DNA of 64,000 nucleotides from an uncultured bacterium (GTDB lineage: Bacteria > Patescibacteriota > Kazan-3B-28), in assembly GCA_963695435.1 (NCBI GenBank), contig OY968788.1:134330-198329 (forward strand), given 5' to 3'. Under the pieces are notes generated by a model, which was given only the letters and a program-made list of their open reading frames with translations, ran no database searches and was not told the DNA's origin. Below, one piece after another: positions 17,771 to 25,569 of this stretch; position 1 is the stretch's first letter, and every line of letters starts with the position of its first letter. The position numbers and the translations under genes were made by a program.

Positions 17771-18673
17771 ATGGAGACTTCAGAGGTATTCGGAGGTTTA
17801 ATTGGGCAGAGTTCGGCAAAGAAAATGTTGTCTGCGTGTTTGGAGTCGGGGAATTTGCCGCAGACGATGATATTTGCGGGACAGAAAGGGGTGGGGAGAA
17901 GGACGGCGGCGAAGTTATTGGCGGGGTATTTACATAGTCAAAATAAAAAAGATGCTTCGGTAGATCCTTCGACTGCGCTCAGGATGTCAGGGCGATTCGA
18001 GAATCACCCTGACACTTTTTGGTTTTCGCAGATTTTAGAAGAAGTAAGTAAAGGCGAGACGCATGAATGGATTGATGCGGTGCGGGAAATGATTCGGAAA
18101 CTGACGATGTCGCCGTTCTCATCAAAATATAAAGTGGCGATTATTGAAGATGCAGATAGGTTGAGCGAAGAAGCGCAGAATGCGTTATTGAAAACTTTGG
18201 AAGAGCCGAGAGAAGATACGGTAATTATTTTGATAGTGCCGAGTGAAGAAACTTTATTACCGACAATTGTGTCACGCTCGCAAGTGGTGAGGTTCGGGCC
18301 TCTTACAAGTGAGGAGATAAAACAAATTGTTCCGAAAGCAAGTGATGAACAAATTATTGCTAGTGGCGGAAGTGCGGGGAAGGTAAAAGATTGGGTGGAG
18401 ATGCCTGTGTGGTGGGAAGACGAAAAAGCAATGCGAGCGTTTTGGAAGAATGTCGGAACGGCTGATGTGAAAACTAAATTTGAATGGGCGGCGAAATATA
18501 AAGAACGAGGTGATGCGATAGAGTTTATTCGAACGGGGATGTTGGTTTGGGAGGGGATGTTGCCGGACGAGAGAGCGGCTAAGGGATTAGCTCGGATGGG
18601 GGTTGCCGTTCAGCAAATTAGAGACAACGTCAATCTGAGAGGAGCAGTAGATACTCTGCTTCTTGCCTTATAG
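17771..18673 (+). CDS. holB: DNA polymerase III delta-prime subunit
   Basis: AGQKGVGRRTAAKLLAGYL and NALLKTLEEP motifs. Confidence 0.8.
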   Translation: METSEVFGGLIGQSSAKKMLSACLESGNLPQTMIFAGQKGVGRRTAAKLLAGYLHSQNKKDASVDPSTALRMSGRFENHPDTFWFSQILEEVSKGETHEWIDAVREMIRKLTMSPFSSKYKVAIIEDADRLSEEAQNALLKTLEEPREDTVIILIVPSEETLLPTIVSRSQVVRFGPLTSEEIKQIVPKASDEQIIASGGSAGKVKDWVEMPVWWEDEKAMRAFWKNVGTADVKTKFEWAAKYKERGDAIEFIRTGMLVWEGMLPDERAAKGLARMGVAVQQIRDNVNLRGAVDTLLLAL

Positions 18674-18725
18674 ATTAGCTGGACTGGGGGCGTCTTTCTG
18701 ATATACTATTTGCGTCTAACTAAGG

Positions 18726-18787
18726 CCCCGGTACCAACCAAACCGGAAATCGCTAAACCGCAATTTCAACGGGTTGGTGGTACGGGG
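18726..18787 (+). other. long imperfect hairpin (ccccggtaccaaccaaaccg ... cgggttggtggtacgggg)
   Basis: ~18-bp arms with a 24-nt loop, in the intergenic region upstream of the TPR gene. Confidence 0.4.
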
Positions 18788-18802
18788 TAAAGTCAATTTA
18801 TT

Positions 18803-19381
18803 ATGTGGGAAGTAATTGTATTTTTGGCGACCGTACTGGTTCTTATCATGATTCTCCGGAAATTGCCGGTGGATTTGGCGATGACGGATAGGAACAAGGA
18901 TGGGGTGATCAATGAGGAGGACAAGGAGAAGACGCCACGAGAAACGGCGGATGAGCATTTTGAAAAAGGAGAGCTGAAGAAGGCGGAGAATATGTATTTG
19001 AAGATTCTTTCCAAAGAGCCAGATGATGCCACGCTGTACAACAAGCTTGGGCTAATTTATCTTCAAGATAAGAATTTCAAAGATGCGAAGTCGGCTCTGA
19101 AACAGGCATTGAAGTTGGAACCGGAAAATGATACTTTTTACAACAACCTCGGACTTTTGTATTACCAGATGGAAGATTATGACGAGGCGATTGAGGCTTA
19201 TGAGAAATCGGCGGCAATCAATGATAAGATCCCGTCAAGATTGGTGAACTTGGGTCTGGCGTACTTTATGACTAAGAAGTATCGTAAAGCGGCGGATAAT
19301 TACGAGAAAGCGATTATCTTGGATCCGAGAGACGAGCAGACGAAAGAACTTTTAAAACAAGCGGAAGAGAAGTTGAAATAA
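18803..19381 (+). CDS. TPR-repeat protein with N-terminal TM helix
   Basis: Several 34-aa TPR-like units (YNKLGLIYLQ..., YNNLGLLYYQ..., LVNLGLAYFM...). Confidence 0.7.
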   Translation: MWEVIVFLATVLVLIMILRKLPVDLAMTDRNKDGVINEEDKEKTPRETADEHFEKGELKKAENMYLKILSKEPDDATLYNKLGLIYLQDKNFKDAKSALKQALKLEPENDTFYNNLGLLYYQMEDYDEAIEAYEKSAAINDKIPSRLVNLGLAYFMTKKYRKAADNYEKAIILDPRDEQTKELLKQAEEKLK

Positions 19382-19397
19382 ACCAGCTGGAAGAGTT

Positions 19398-19472
19398 GCC
19401 GGAGTAGCTCAACGGTAGAGCAGCACTTTTGTAAAGTGAAGGTTGGGGGTTCGATTCCTCTCTCCGGCTCCA
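19398..19472 (+). tRNA. tRNA-Thr (anticodon TGT)
   Basis: Cloverleaf: acceptor gccggag/ctccggc, D-arm gctcaacggtagagc, anticodon loop tttgtaa, encoded CCA. Close to E. coli tRNA-Thr. Confidence 0.85.
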
Positions 19473-19473
19473 C

Positions 19474-19559
19474 GCCAAGGTACCGAAGCGGTCAAACGGG
19501 GCTGACTGTAAATCAGCTGGCTTACGCCTTCCTAGGTTCGAATCCTAGCCTTGGCACCA
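19474..19559 (+). tRNA. tRNA-Tyr (anticodon GTA), long variable arm
   Basis: Acceptor gccaagg/ccttggc, anticodon loop ctgtaaa, long variable arm, T-arm tagg-ttcgaat-ccta, CCA. Confidence 0.85.
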
Positions 19560-19562
19560 GAT

Positions 19563-19638
19563 GCCGACGTAGCTCAGCTGGTAGAGCACCTCCATGGTAA
19601 GGAGGGGGTCACCGGTTCAATCCCGGTCGTCGGCTCCA
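19563..19638 (+). tRNA. tRNA-Thr (anticodon GGT)
   Basis: Acceptor gccgacg/cgtcggc, D-arm tagctcagctggtagagc, anticodon loop atggtaa, T-arm accgg-ttcaatc-ccggt, CCA. Confidence 0.85.
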
Positions 19639-19800
19639 CGTCGAAATGGCTTCGCCCGACGCGCGAACAAGTAAAACTTGTTCGGCTATTGAGGCTCAGC
19701 ATTTCTCCTTTCAAAATCACAAACAGTCGTTTTACTCCTTGGTTTGCGATTTTGGCTTAGGGGAGGACATAGTTGACAGATAGGGCGACCTATTTCATAA
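19639..19800 (+). repeat. post-tRNA conserved element, family B copy 1 (ends in a ttgaca-17-cataat promoter)
   Basis: cgtcgaaatggcttc...cggctattgaggctcagcatttctcc...ccttggtttgcgattttggctt...ttgaca. The homologous copy lies at 54925-55100. Confidence 0.75.
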
Positions 19801-19802
19801 TG
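19773..19802 (+). promoter_or_regulatory. sigma70-like promoter (ttgaca-17 nt-cataat)
   Basis: Seen directly, upstream of rplK. Confidence 0.6.
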
Positions 19803-19814
19803 CCCCTTGTTATG

Positions 19815-19960
19815 CCCCGTAGAGAAATTTAGAACGCCCTTGGGCTAAAGCTATATTCTCTGCGGAAAAGCATGATTCTGATGAGTTATCGTTAGGGCAG
19901 GTTTATTAGGATAATGCCCAAGGCGAGGAGAGAATATAACTTCTAAATTCTTCTACGGGG
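19815..19960 (+). repeat. MITE-like structured element, family F copy 1, forming the 5-prime leader of rplK
   Basis: ccccgtagagaaatttagaa ... agagaatataacttctaaattcttctacgggg (terminal and internal inverted repeats). The second copy lies at 41303-41450. Confidence 0.75.
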
Positions 19961-19961
19961 T

Positions 19962-20384
19962 ATGGCAAAGAAAGTTAAATCAGTTGTGAAGATCCAGCTC
20001 GAGGCTGGTAAAGCAAATCCCGCCCCTCCGGTGGGTACGGCTTTGGGGCCCCATGGCATTGCGATCATGGATTTTTGCAATCAGTACAACGAAGCGACCA
20101 AGTCGATGATGGGGAATGTAATCCCTGCTGTCGTTACGATTTTTGAAGACCGGTCATTCAACTTTATTTTGAAGCAGCCGCCAGCGGCCGAGCTTATCAA
20201 AAAAGCGCTTGGCATTGAAAAGGGCGCTAAAGTTCCGAACAAAGAAAATGTCGGTACATTGACGAAAGCACAACTTAGAGAAATTGCCGAAAAGAAAATG
20301 CCTGACATGAATGCTAATGATATTGAAGCGGCGATGAAGATTATTGCGGGGACCGCCAAAAACATGGGAGTGAAGATAGAATAA
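19962..20384 (+). CDS. rplK: 50S ribosomal protein L11
   Basis: [20 protein letters not shown]. Confidence 0.95.
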   Translation: MAKKVKSVVKIQLEAGKANPAPPVGTALGPHGIAIMDFCNQYNEATKSMMGNVIPAVVTIFEDRSFNFILKQPPAAELIKKALGIEKGAKVPNKENVGTLTKAQLREIAEKKMPDMNANDIEAAMKIIAGTAKNMGVKIE

Positions 20385-20463
20385 ATATATTTCTTTGAGG
20401 TGGGACCCATCCCCAGTTTGAAAAACTGGAGATGGGGATAATACCACGTAAAAGGAGAACGAA

Positions 20464-21282
20464 ATGCTAGAGAAGAAAGTTGTCACTAAAAAAGTGACGA
20501 AGAAGGCGGTTAAGAAACCTAGTGCGGGAGATGAATCCTCCTACGCCAAGGCTACGAAGGACATCGGAGCTAAGAAAAAGATAGCTCCTCGTAAGTTTGG
20601 GCGAGGGAAGAAATATCTCGCTGTTTTGCCGAAGGTAGATAAGGAAAAGTTTTATCCGGCAGATGAGGCGATTAAGTTAGCGCAGGAAACTTCCCCGAGC
20701 AAATTTGATGCAACGATAGAGTTGCATGTTTGTATGGGGTTGGATCCAAAGAAGCCTGAGCAAAATATCCGCGGAACTGTTTCGATGCCAGCCGGAACGG
20801 GCAGAACTAAAAAGATCTTGGTTTTGGCGGAGGAAGCAGATGCAAAGAAAGCATTGAGCGCGGGAGCAGATTACGCTGGTCTTGAAGATATGATTAAGAA
20901 AATCCAAGAAGGTTGGATGGATTTTGATTTGGTAATTGCAACACCAACAGCAATGCCTCAAGTTGGAAAACTTGGGCAGACATTGGGGACCAAAGGTTTG
21001 ATGCCAAATCCAAAATCAGGAACTGTTGCGCCTGATGTCGCGAAGGCAGTTGAAGAATTCAAAAAAGGAAAAGTTGAATTTCGTTTAGACAAAGACGCGA
21101 TTATTCATTTGGGGTTTGGGAAAGTTTCATTTAAGACAGAAGATTTGATGACGAACTTCAAAACGATTGTGAGCGCTATTCAATCGGCGAAACCTGCGGC
21201 GTCTAAAGGGTCTTACATCAAACGGATGTCAGTGGCTTCGACGATGGGGCCGGGGATCAAAATCGATCTTCAATCAATCTAA
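20464..21282 (+). CDS. rplA: 50S ribosomal protein L1 with Lys-rich N-terminal extension
   Basis: ELHVCMGLDPKKPEQNIRGTVSMPAGTG. Confidence 0.92.
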   Translation: MLEKKVVTKKVTKKAVKKPSAGDESSYAKATKDIGAKKKIAPRKFGRGKKYLAVLPKVDKEKFYPADEAIKLAQETSPSKFDATIELHVCMGLDPKKPEQNIRGTVSMPAGTGRTKKILVLAEEADAKKALSAGADYAGLEDMIKKIQEGWMDFDLVIATPTAMPQVGKLGQTLGTKGLMPNPKSGTVAPDVAKAVEEFKKGKVEFRLDKDAIIHLGFGKVSFKTEDLMTNFKTIVSAIQSAKPAASKGSYIKRMSVASTMGPGIKIDLQSI

Positions 21283-21284
21283 AG

Positions 21285-21390
21285 CTCTCGAGAGAAGAAC
21301 GAAGGTATGTTCCTCTCTCGACGCTCGTGGGCAAAGCCCATTTCGACAAGTCGAAACAAGCTCACTGCTCTTACCTCCACCTAAAAGATA
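21285..21390 (+). repeat. ~105-bp structured repeat, family G copy 1 (directly after rplA stop)
   Basis: ctcgagagaagaacgaaggtatgttcctctctcgacgctcgtgggcaaagcccatttcgacaagtcgaaacaagctcactgctcttacctccacctaaaaga. Almost identical to 23564-23668. Confidence 0.85.
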
Positions 21391-21520
21391 GAAAAGGAGA
21401 CCGTCCTGCTGTACAGCGGGGCGGTTTTTGTTTGGTGTATAATTTGGGTAAGGAACGACCGACCGATTTTGTAGGGGGCGGGGTTTCGGTATTGTAACTT
21501 ACAAATGAGGAGGTGAGGGG

Positions 21521-22183
21521 ATGCCTCACAGGAAGAAGGATCTGGAAAAGATTCTCAAGAACTTCTTCGTTTTCGAAGGTATAGACGGCTGTGGCAAAGG
21601 AACACAGACGCTGTTGCTAAAAGATCTCCTCGAGCACCATGGGTACGAGGTCTTAGCGACAGAAGAACCAACCAACGGAGAGATAGGCCGTAATATTCGG
21701 CGGGTTCTAGGAGAAGATGAGGGGATTATCAGACCGTCTATGGAGGTGTTGCAGTGTGAATGGTACACACAAGATAGACGGGAGCACCAATTCGAAATTC
21801 GTCGTGCTTTGGGTGGTGCAAAAAGAGTGGTTTTATGTGACAGATATTATCACTCAACCATCGCCTATGGTGCTGCCGCCAAGGACAACGTGCCGTTCGA
21901 TAAGACCTGGACGGTCAACCAAGAGTTCTACAAGCCGGGACTAACGATCTGGCTGAAAATTCCTCCCAAGGATGCGTTCAGAAGGCTCAACTCGCGAAAG
22001 CGCGACCTGTTTGAGAAGGACCCAGACTTTCAGATGAGGGTCCATCAGGAGTATGAGCGGCTGGCGGCGAGACCCGAGTTTTCGGAGATCGTGACAATTG
22101 ACGCCTCTCGATCCGTGGAGTTGGTAGCGCTTGATGTCCAAAAAGTAGTGGCTGCGCATTTAAACCCGCAGCGCGCTGCCTAG
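21521..22183 (+). CDS. tmk: thymidylate kinase
   Basis: FVFEGIDGCGKGTQ P-loop; DRYYHS. Confidence 0.85.
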   Translation: MPHRKKDLEKILKNFFVFEGIDGCGKGTQTLLLKDLLEHHGYEVLATEEPTNGEIGRNIRRVLGEDEGIIRPSMEVLQCEWYTQDRREHQFEIRRALGGAKRVVLCDRYYHSTIAYGAAAKDNVPFDKTWTVNQEFYKPGLTIWLKIPPKDAFRRLNSRKRDLFEKDPDFQMRVHQEYERLAARPEFSEIVTIDASRSVELVALDVQKVVAAHLNPQRAA

Positions 22184-22213
22184 CAGGGTAAAACCTGTCT
22201 GTGTAACTTGATT

Positions 22214-22245
22214 CGAAAAGAGCCCGTGAAAGCGGGCTCTTTGCC
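22214..22245 (+). terminator. rho-independent terminator
   Basis: aaaagagcccgtgaaagcgggctctttgcc. Confidence 0.7.
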
Positions 22246-22394
22246 TATGGGGTTGACAGGGGGTTGGCTGTCAGATAAGATGCTTTTGTCCTTTAGAGAC
22301 AGTAGGTGTTCGCGTCAAAGCGAAGTAAATCCTGCCGAGAGGGAGAAGACAGCTTTTATAGAGCTGTGACTACCTGCTCGGCGAGAGCAGATTT

Positions 22395-22470
22395 TTATAA
22401 CTAGACTAATAGACGATAGACCAATAGACAAATAGCTATAAGTCCATTAGTCCATAGACCATAAGTCCAA
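22395..22470 (-). repeat. family C repeat copy 2 (inverted)
   Basis: ctagactaatagacgatagaccaatagacaaatagctataagtccattagtccatagaccataagtcc is the reverse complement of the 6340-6415 pattern. Confidence 0.6.
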
Positions 22471-22475
22471 TTATT

Positions 22476-22997
22476 ATGCCTAAAACTAAGGTACAAAAAG
22501 GAGTGGTGATTGATGAGCTTACACAGGCGCTGAAGCAAAGCGCGAATAGCGTGGTGACCGATTTCAATAAGCTTACGATGGTAGATTTGGATAGTTTCCG
22601 CAAAGAAGCGCGGGCTAAGGGTTTGAAGTACACAGTAATCAAACCAACCTTGGTGCAGATTGCCGCTAAACAAGCCGGAATTGATGGACTGGCAATTTCC
22701 AAGACAGGGAAAAGCTACGGACTGGTTTGGGGTAATGCGGACGAGGTTAGTGTCTCCAAAGCAGCTTATGAATTTGCAAAAAAGAGTGATGATAGGGTGC
22801 ATATTACTTTGGGCATCATTGACGGAAAGATTGTCGCCGCGGATATGATTATGCAACTTGCAATGCTCCCGTCTTATGAAGAATTAATGGGTCGAGTGGT
22901 GGGAAGTATGAATGCACCGATTGCGAATTTTGTTTACGGATTGAATTACAATTTGCAGTCGTTTTATAACGTGGTCAAAGCGATTGCAAGCAGATAA
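22476..22997 (+). CDS. rplJ: 50S ribosomal protein L10
   Basis: L10 pattern, and position upstream of L7/L12. Confidence 0.9.
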   Translation: MPKTKVQKGVVIDELTQALKQSANSVVTDFNKLTMVDLDSFRKEARAKGLKYTVIKPTLVQIAAKQAGIDGLAISKTGKSYGLVWGNADEVSVSKAAYEFAKKSDDRVHITLGIIDGKIVAADMIMQLAMLPSYEELMGRVVGSMNAPIANFVYGLNYNLQSFYNVVKAIASR

Positions 22998-23017
22998 TTA
23001 TAGAAATTAAATAATTA

Positions 23018-23560
23018 ATGGAGAATATTATGGCAGATGAAAATACAATTCCAGAAGAGCAAGCTCCAGAAGCTTCCACCTCCGCTGAAGCTACGGTGGA
23101 CGTTCCGGTAGAAGCTCCAAAGGAAGATAAGAAAGTAGACAGTATGTCTACTGAAGCCTCGGCGAAGGTAGATGCAAGCAAGTTGTCAGGCAATGCCAAA
23201 AAAGTTTTGGACATGGTTAGTGAGATGACAGTGCTTGAGTTGGCTGAGCTCGTGAAAGTATTGGAAGACAAGTTCGGCGTGAGTGCCGCGCCTGTTGCCG
23301 TTGCCGCCGCTGGTGGTGCTGGTGCTGGAGCTGCAGCCGTCGAAGAGAAGAGCGAATACAACATTAACTTGGTTAATGCTGGTGCCAACAAAATCAACGT
23401 GATTAAGGCAGTTCGCGAAGTGACCGAGTTGGGCTTGAAAGAAGCCAAAGACTTAGTCGAAGGCGCACCAAAAATGGTGAAAGAAAATGTAAAGAAGGCG
23501 GACGCAGAAGAGATTAAGAAGAAATTAGAAGCCGCAGGTGCCAAAGTCGAGTTACAATAA
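23018..23560 (+). CDS. rplL: 50S ribosomal protein L7/L12 (with acidic N-terminal extension; true start may be internal)
   Basis: Ala/Gly-rich hinge and [28 protein letters not shown]. Confidence 0.9.
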   Translation: MENIMADENTIPEEQAPEASTSAEATVDVPVEAPKEDKKVDSMSTEASAKVDASKLSGNAKKVLDMVSEMTVLELAELVKVLEDKFGVSAAPVAVAAAGGAGAGAAAVEEKSEYNINLVNAGANKINVIKAVREVTELGLKEAKDLVEGAPKMVKENVKKADAEEIKKKLEAAGAKVELQ

Positions 23561-23563
23561 AAT

Positions 23564-23668
23564 ATCTCGAGAGAAGAACGAAGGTATGTTCCTCTCTCGA
23601 CGCTCGTGGGCAAAGCCCATTTCGACAAGTCGAAACAAGCTCACTGCTCTTACCTCCACCTAAAAGAA
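23564..23668 (+). repeat. family G copy 2 (directly after rplL stop), followed by terminator at 23680-23710
   Basis: ~99% identical to 21285-21390. Terminator is gaagccccgccgaaaggcggggcttttt. Confidence 0.85.
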
Positions 23669-23817
23669 AGAATAAAGAAGCCCCGCCGAAAGGCGGGGCT
23701 TTTTGGTCTCTATTTGACCTTGGGGGCAGATGTGCTATCTTGCGGGTGGCGTGTTTTTGGCTCTAGAAGCCAAAAAGCGACTACTAGCTATTTGACATTT
23801 AGAAGGGGGTGATAACA

Positions 23818-24852
23818 ATGCGAAACGTTATTCTGTTTCTGTTAATAATGGGTCTGGTATCTTGCGTAACATCAAGAGTAACACGATGGACCAAGATGTC
23901 TGATCTAACGCCAAACAATCGAACAGCCTGGGAGAATCAGCTAAAACAATTGGTTCGGTATCCATCTAACCAAATACCCAGCGAGGATGGCGTTTGGGTG
24001 GACAACGGCTATGGCTGGCAAGGGTCATACTCTGACTCGGTGCCAGTACTGTTTTGTTCTCCGGAGTTTAGGGTGGTTCATGTGGGTTCCCACGGAGCAC
24101 CTTGGGTTTTGAAAGAGGGCGGCGTAGAAATCTTTTCAGAAAGTGAGTTCAGTCTCACTTCGGTCGATAGTGCCAATCATCCTGTTGAGAGGAAGGTTTT
24201 CAATCGAACAGTTGTTGGGAAGATTTCTCCGTTAGCGCAACTGACTTCGGATAAAGCGAAGGTGTTTCAGGTAATAATGCAGAAACGTTCAAAGACAGGA
24301 CTCTATTGGGTAGAAGATGGTAGCGGTATTGGTTTCATCTATGTTGATCCCAAGATGTCTTTCAATCTTTTCAATAGGGGGGAGAAACTAGACGGTACGG
24401 TTTCTATCTATGATGGGGACGGAAAGCTTTTGGAACAACATCCCGATATGTTCCAAAAGGAGCTTGGTATTCGGTTGGACAAGAGTATGAAAAAGTTTTC
24501 AGTGGAATGGAAAATGGATGGTTCAACCACCCTTTTCAACCACTGGGCGACTGTGATGGATTATTCTTACCCAATTCTGATAGATGCGCAGGGGGAGGTT
24601 GGGGTACCGACCTCGAGCTGGAACTTAACACAGGCTGATGTAATTTATGGCACTACCCCACCTAGCCCTTGGGCAAATTGCTATCGGGAGGGCTGGGTGC
24701 AAGTTAACATTGCCAGAAGTACTAATCTTAGCGCTTGGGTTGATGTGACGATTGATCTAGACGCTTCCACTCCTACTGGGATTATCCCAGTAGGAATAGC
24801 TTTTGTGACGATTACGGTGCCTTGCGATTCTACATCTACTATAGGAAGGTGA
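23818..24852 (+). CDS. hypothetical lipoprotein/secreted protein
   Basis: Signal peptide with lipobox-like LVSC. No known domain. Confidence 0.55.
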   Translation: MRNVILFLLIMGLVSCVTSRVTRWTKMSDLTPNNRTAWENQLKQLVRYPSNQIPSEDGVWVDNGYGWQGSYSDSVPVLFCSPEFRVVHVGSHGAPWVLKEGGVEIFSESEFSLTSVDSANHPVERKVFNRTVVGKISPLAQLTSDKAKVFQVIMQKRSKTGLYWVEDGSGIGFIYVDPKMSFNLFNRGEKLDGTVSIYDGDGKLLEQHPDMFQKELGIRLDKSMKKFSVEWKMDGSTTLFNHWATVMDYSYPILIDAQGEVGVPTSSWNLTQADVIYGTTPPSPWANCYREGWVQVNIARSTNLSAWVDVTIDLDASTPTGIIPVGIAFVTITVPCDSTSTIGR

Positions 24853-24857
24853 TTACA

Positions 24858-25388
24858 ATGCGAATTATTCTGATGTTTGTCGCGGTAGCGACCGTGATGT
24901 TGATGGCGGGGTGCAAGGCCATCTCGGGTCCGAAAGGGCCGAGCCAGCCCGGGACGTATCTCAATAAGCAGTGGGGACATCCGATTGTGCTGGTAAACCC
25001 GCTAGAGACCAAAGAAGAACAGAAGGCATGGAGCAATGATTTCGGTGCTAGCGGGGTAGACACTTTTCGGGTGGTAGACATTGATAAGACATTTGAAGTC
25101 CACTCGGAAGCTGTCATACACCCCGGTAGCGCGGAGTTTGAGCTCGATGTCTACCCTGGGTCATCGATGTACGGGTTACTGGGGGGGATGACCGCTGCTC
25201 CGGCTGACTATTTTAAGGACTACAAGGGTTCGACGGATAGTATCAAAGTTCTCTACATAGGGGAGTTTGACTTGGGCTCGAAAGACGATCCGAAGCCTAT
25301 ATCAAAATTCAGCGTGTTCCTTATTTCTCGGGGTCGGTATCTTATTGATGCCGTTGAAGGGGAGGGAAGGATACTCGTTGAATGGTAG
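24858..25388 (+). CDS. hypothetical lipoprotein
   Basis: Signal peptide with LMAGC lipobox. Its upstream RBS context resembles that of the preceding gene. Confidence 0.55.
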   Translation: MRIILMFVAVATVMLMAGCKAISGPKGPSQPGTYLNKQWGHPIVLVNPLETKEEQKAWSNDFGASGVDTFRVVDIDKTFEVHSEAVIHPGSAEFELDVYPGSSMYGLLGGMTAAPADYFKDYKGSTDSIKVLYIGEFDLGSKDDPKPISKFSVFLISRGRYLIDAVEGEGRILVEW

Positions 25389-25569
25389 GGAGATGAATGA
25401 ACATTGAAGTGGGCGGTCTGCTATGCAGATCCGCCCACTTTTAATATCCAAATATAACTAGAAAAACAGAAATAAAAAATCGCCAACTCCTTGACGATGA
25501 ATCTATCATAGCACACCCAAAACCAAAAAACTAGATTGTGCGAAAAAATAGACCAAGTAGAATTTAGTT

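Noticed and set aside
19551-19760. 69-aa ORF
   Set aside because: Lies over tRNA-Thr(GGT) and the family B repeat. An artefact.
23606-23812. 68-aa ORF
   Set aside because: Falls on the family G repeat and the rplL terminator. Non-coding.
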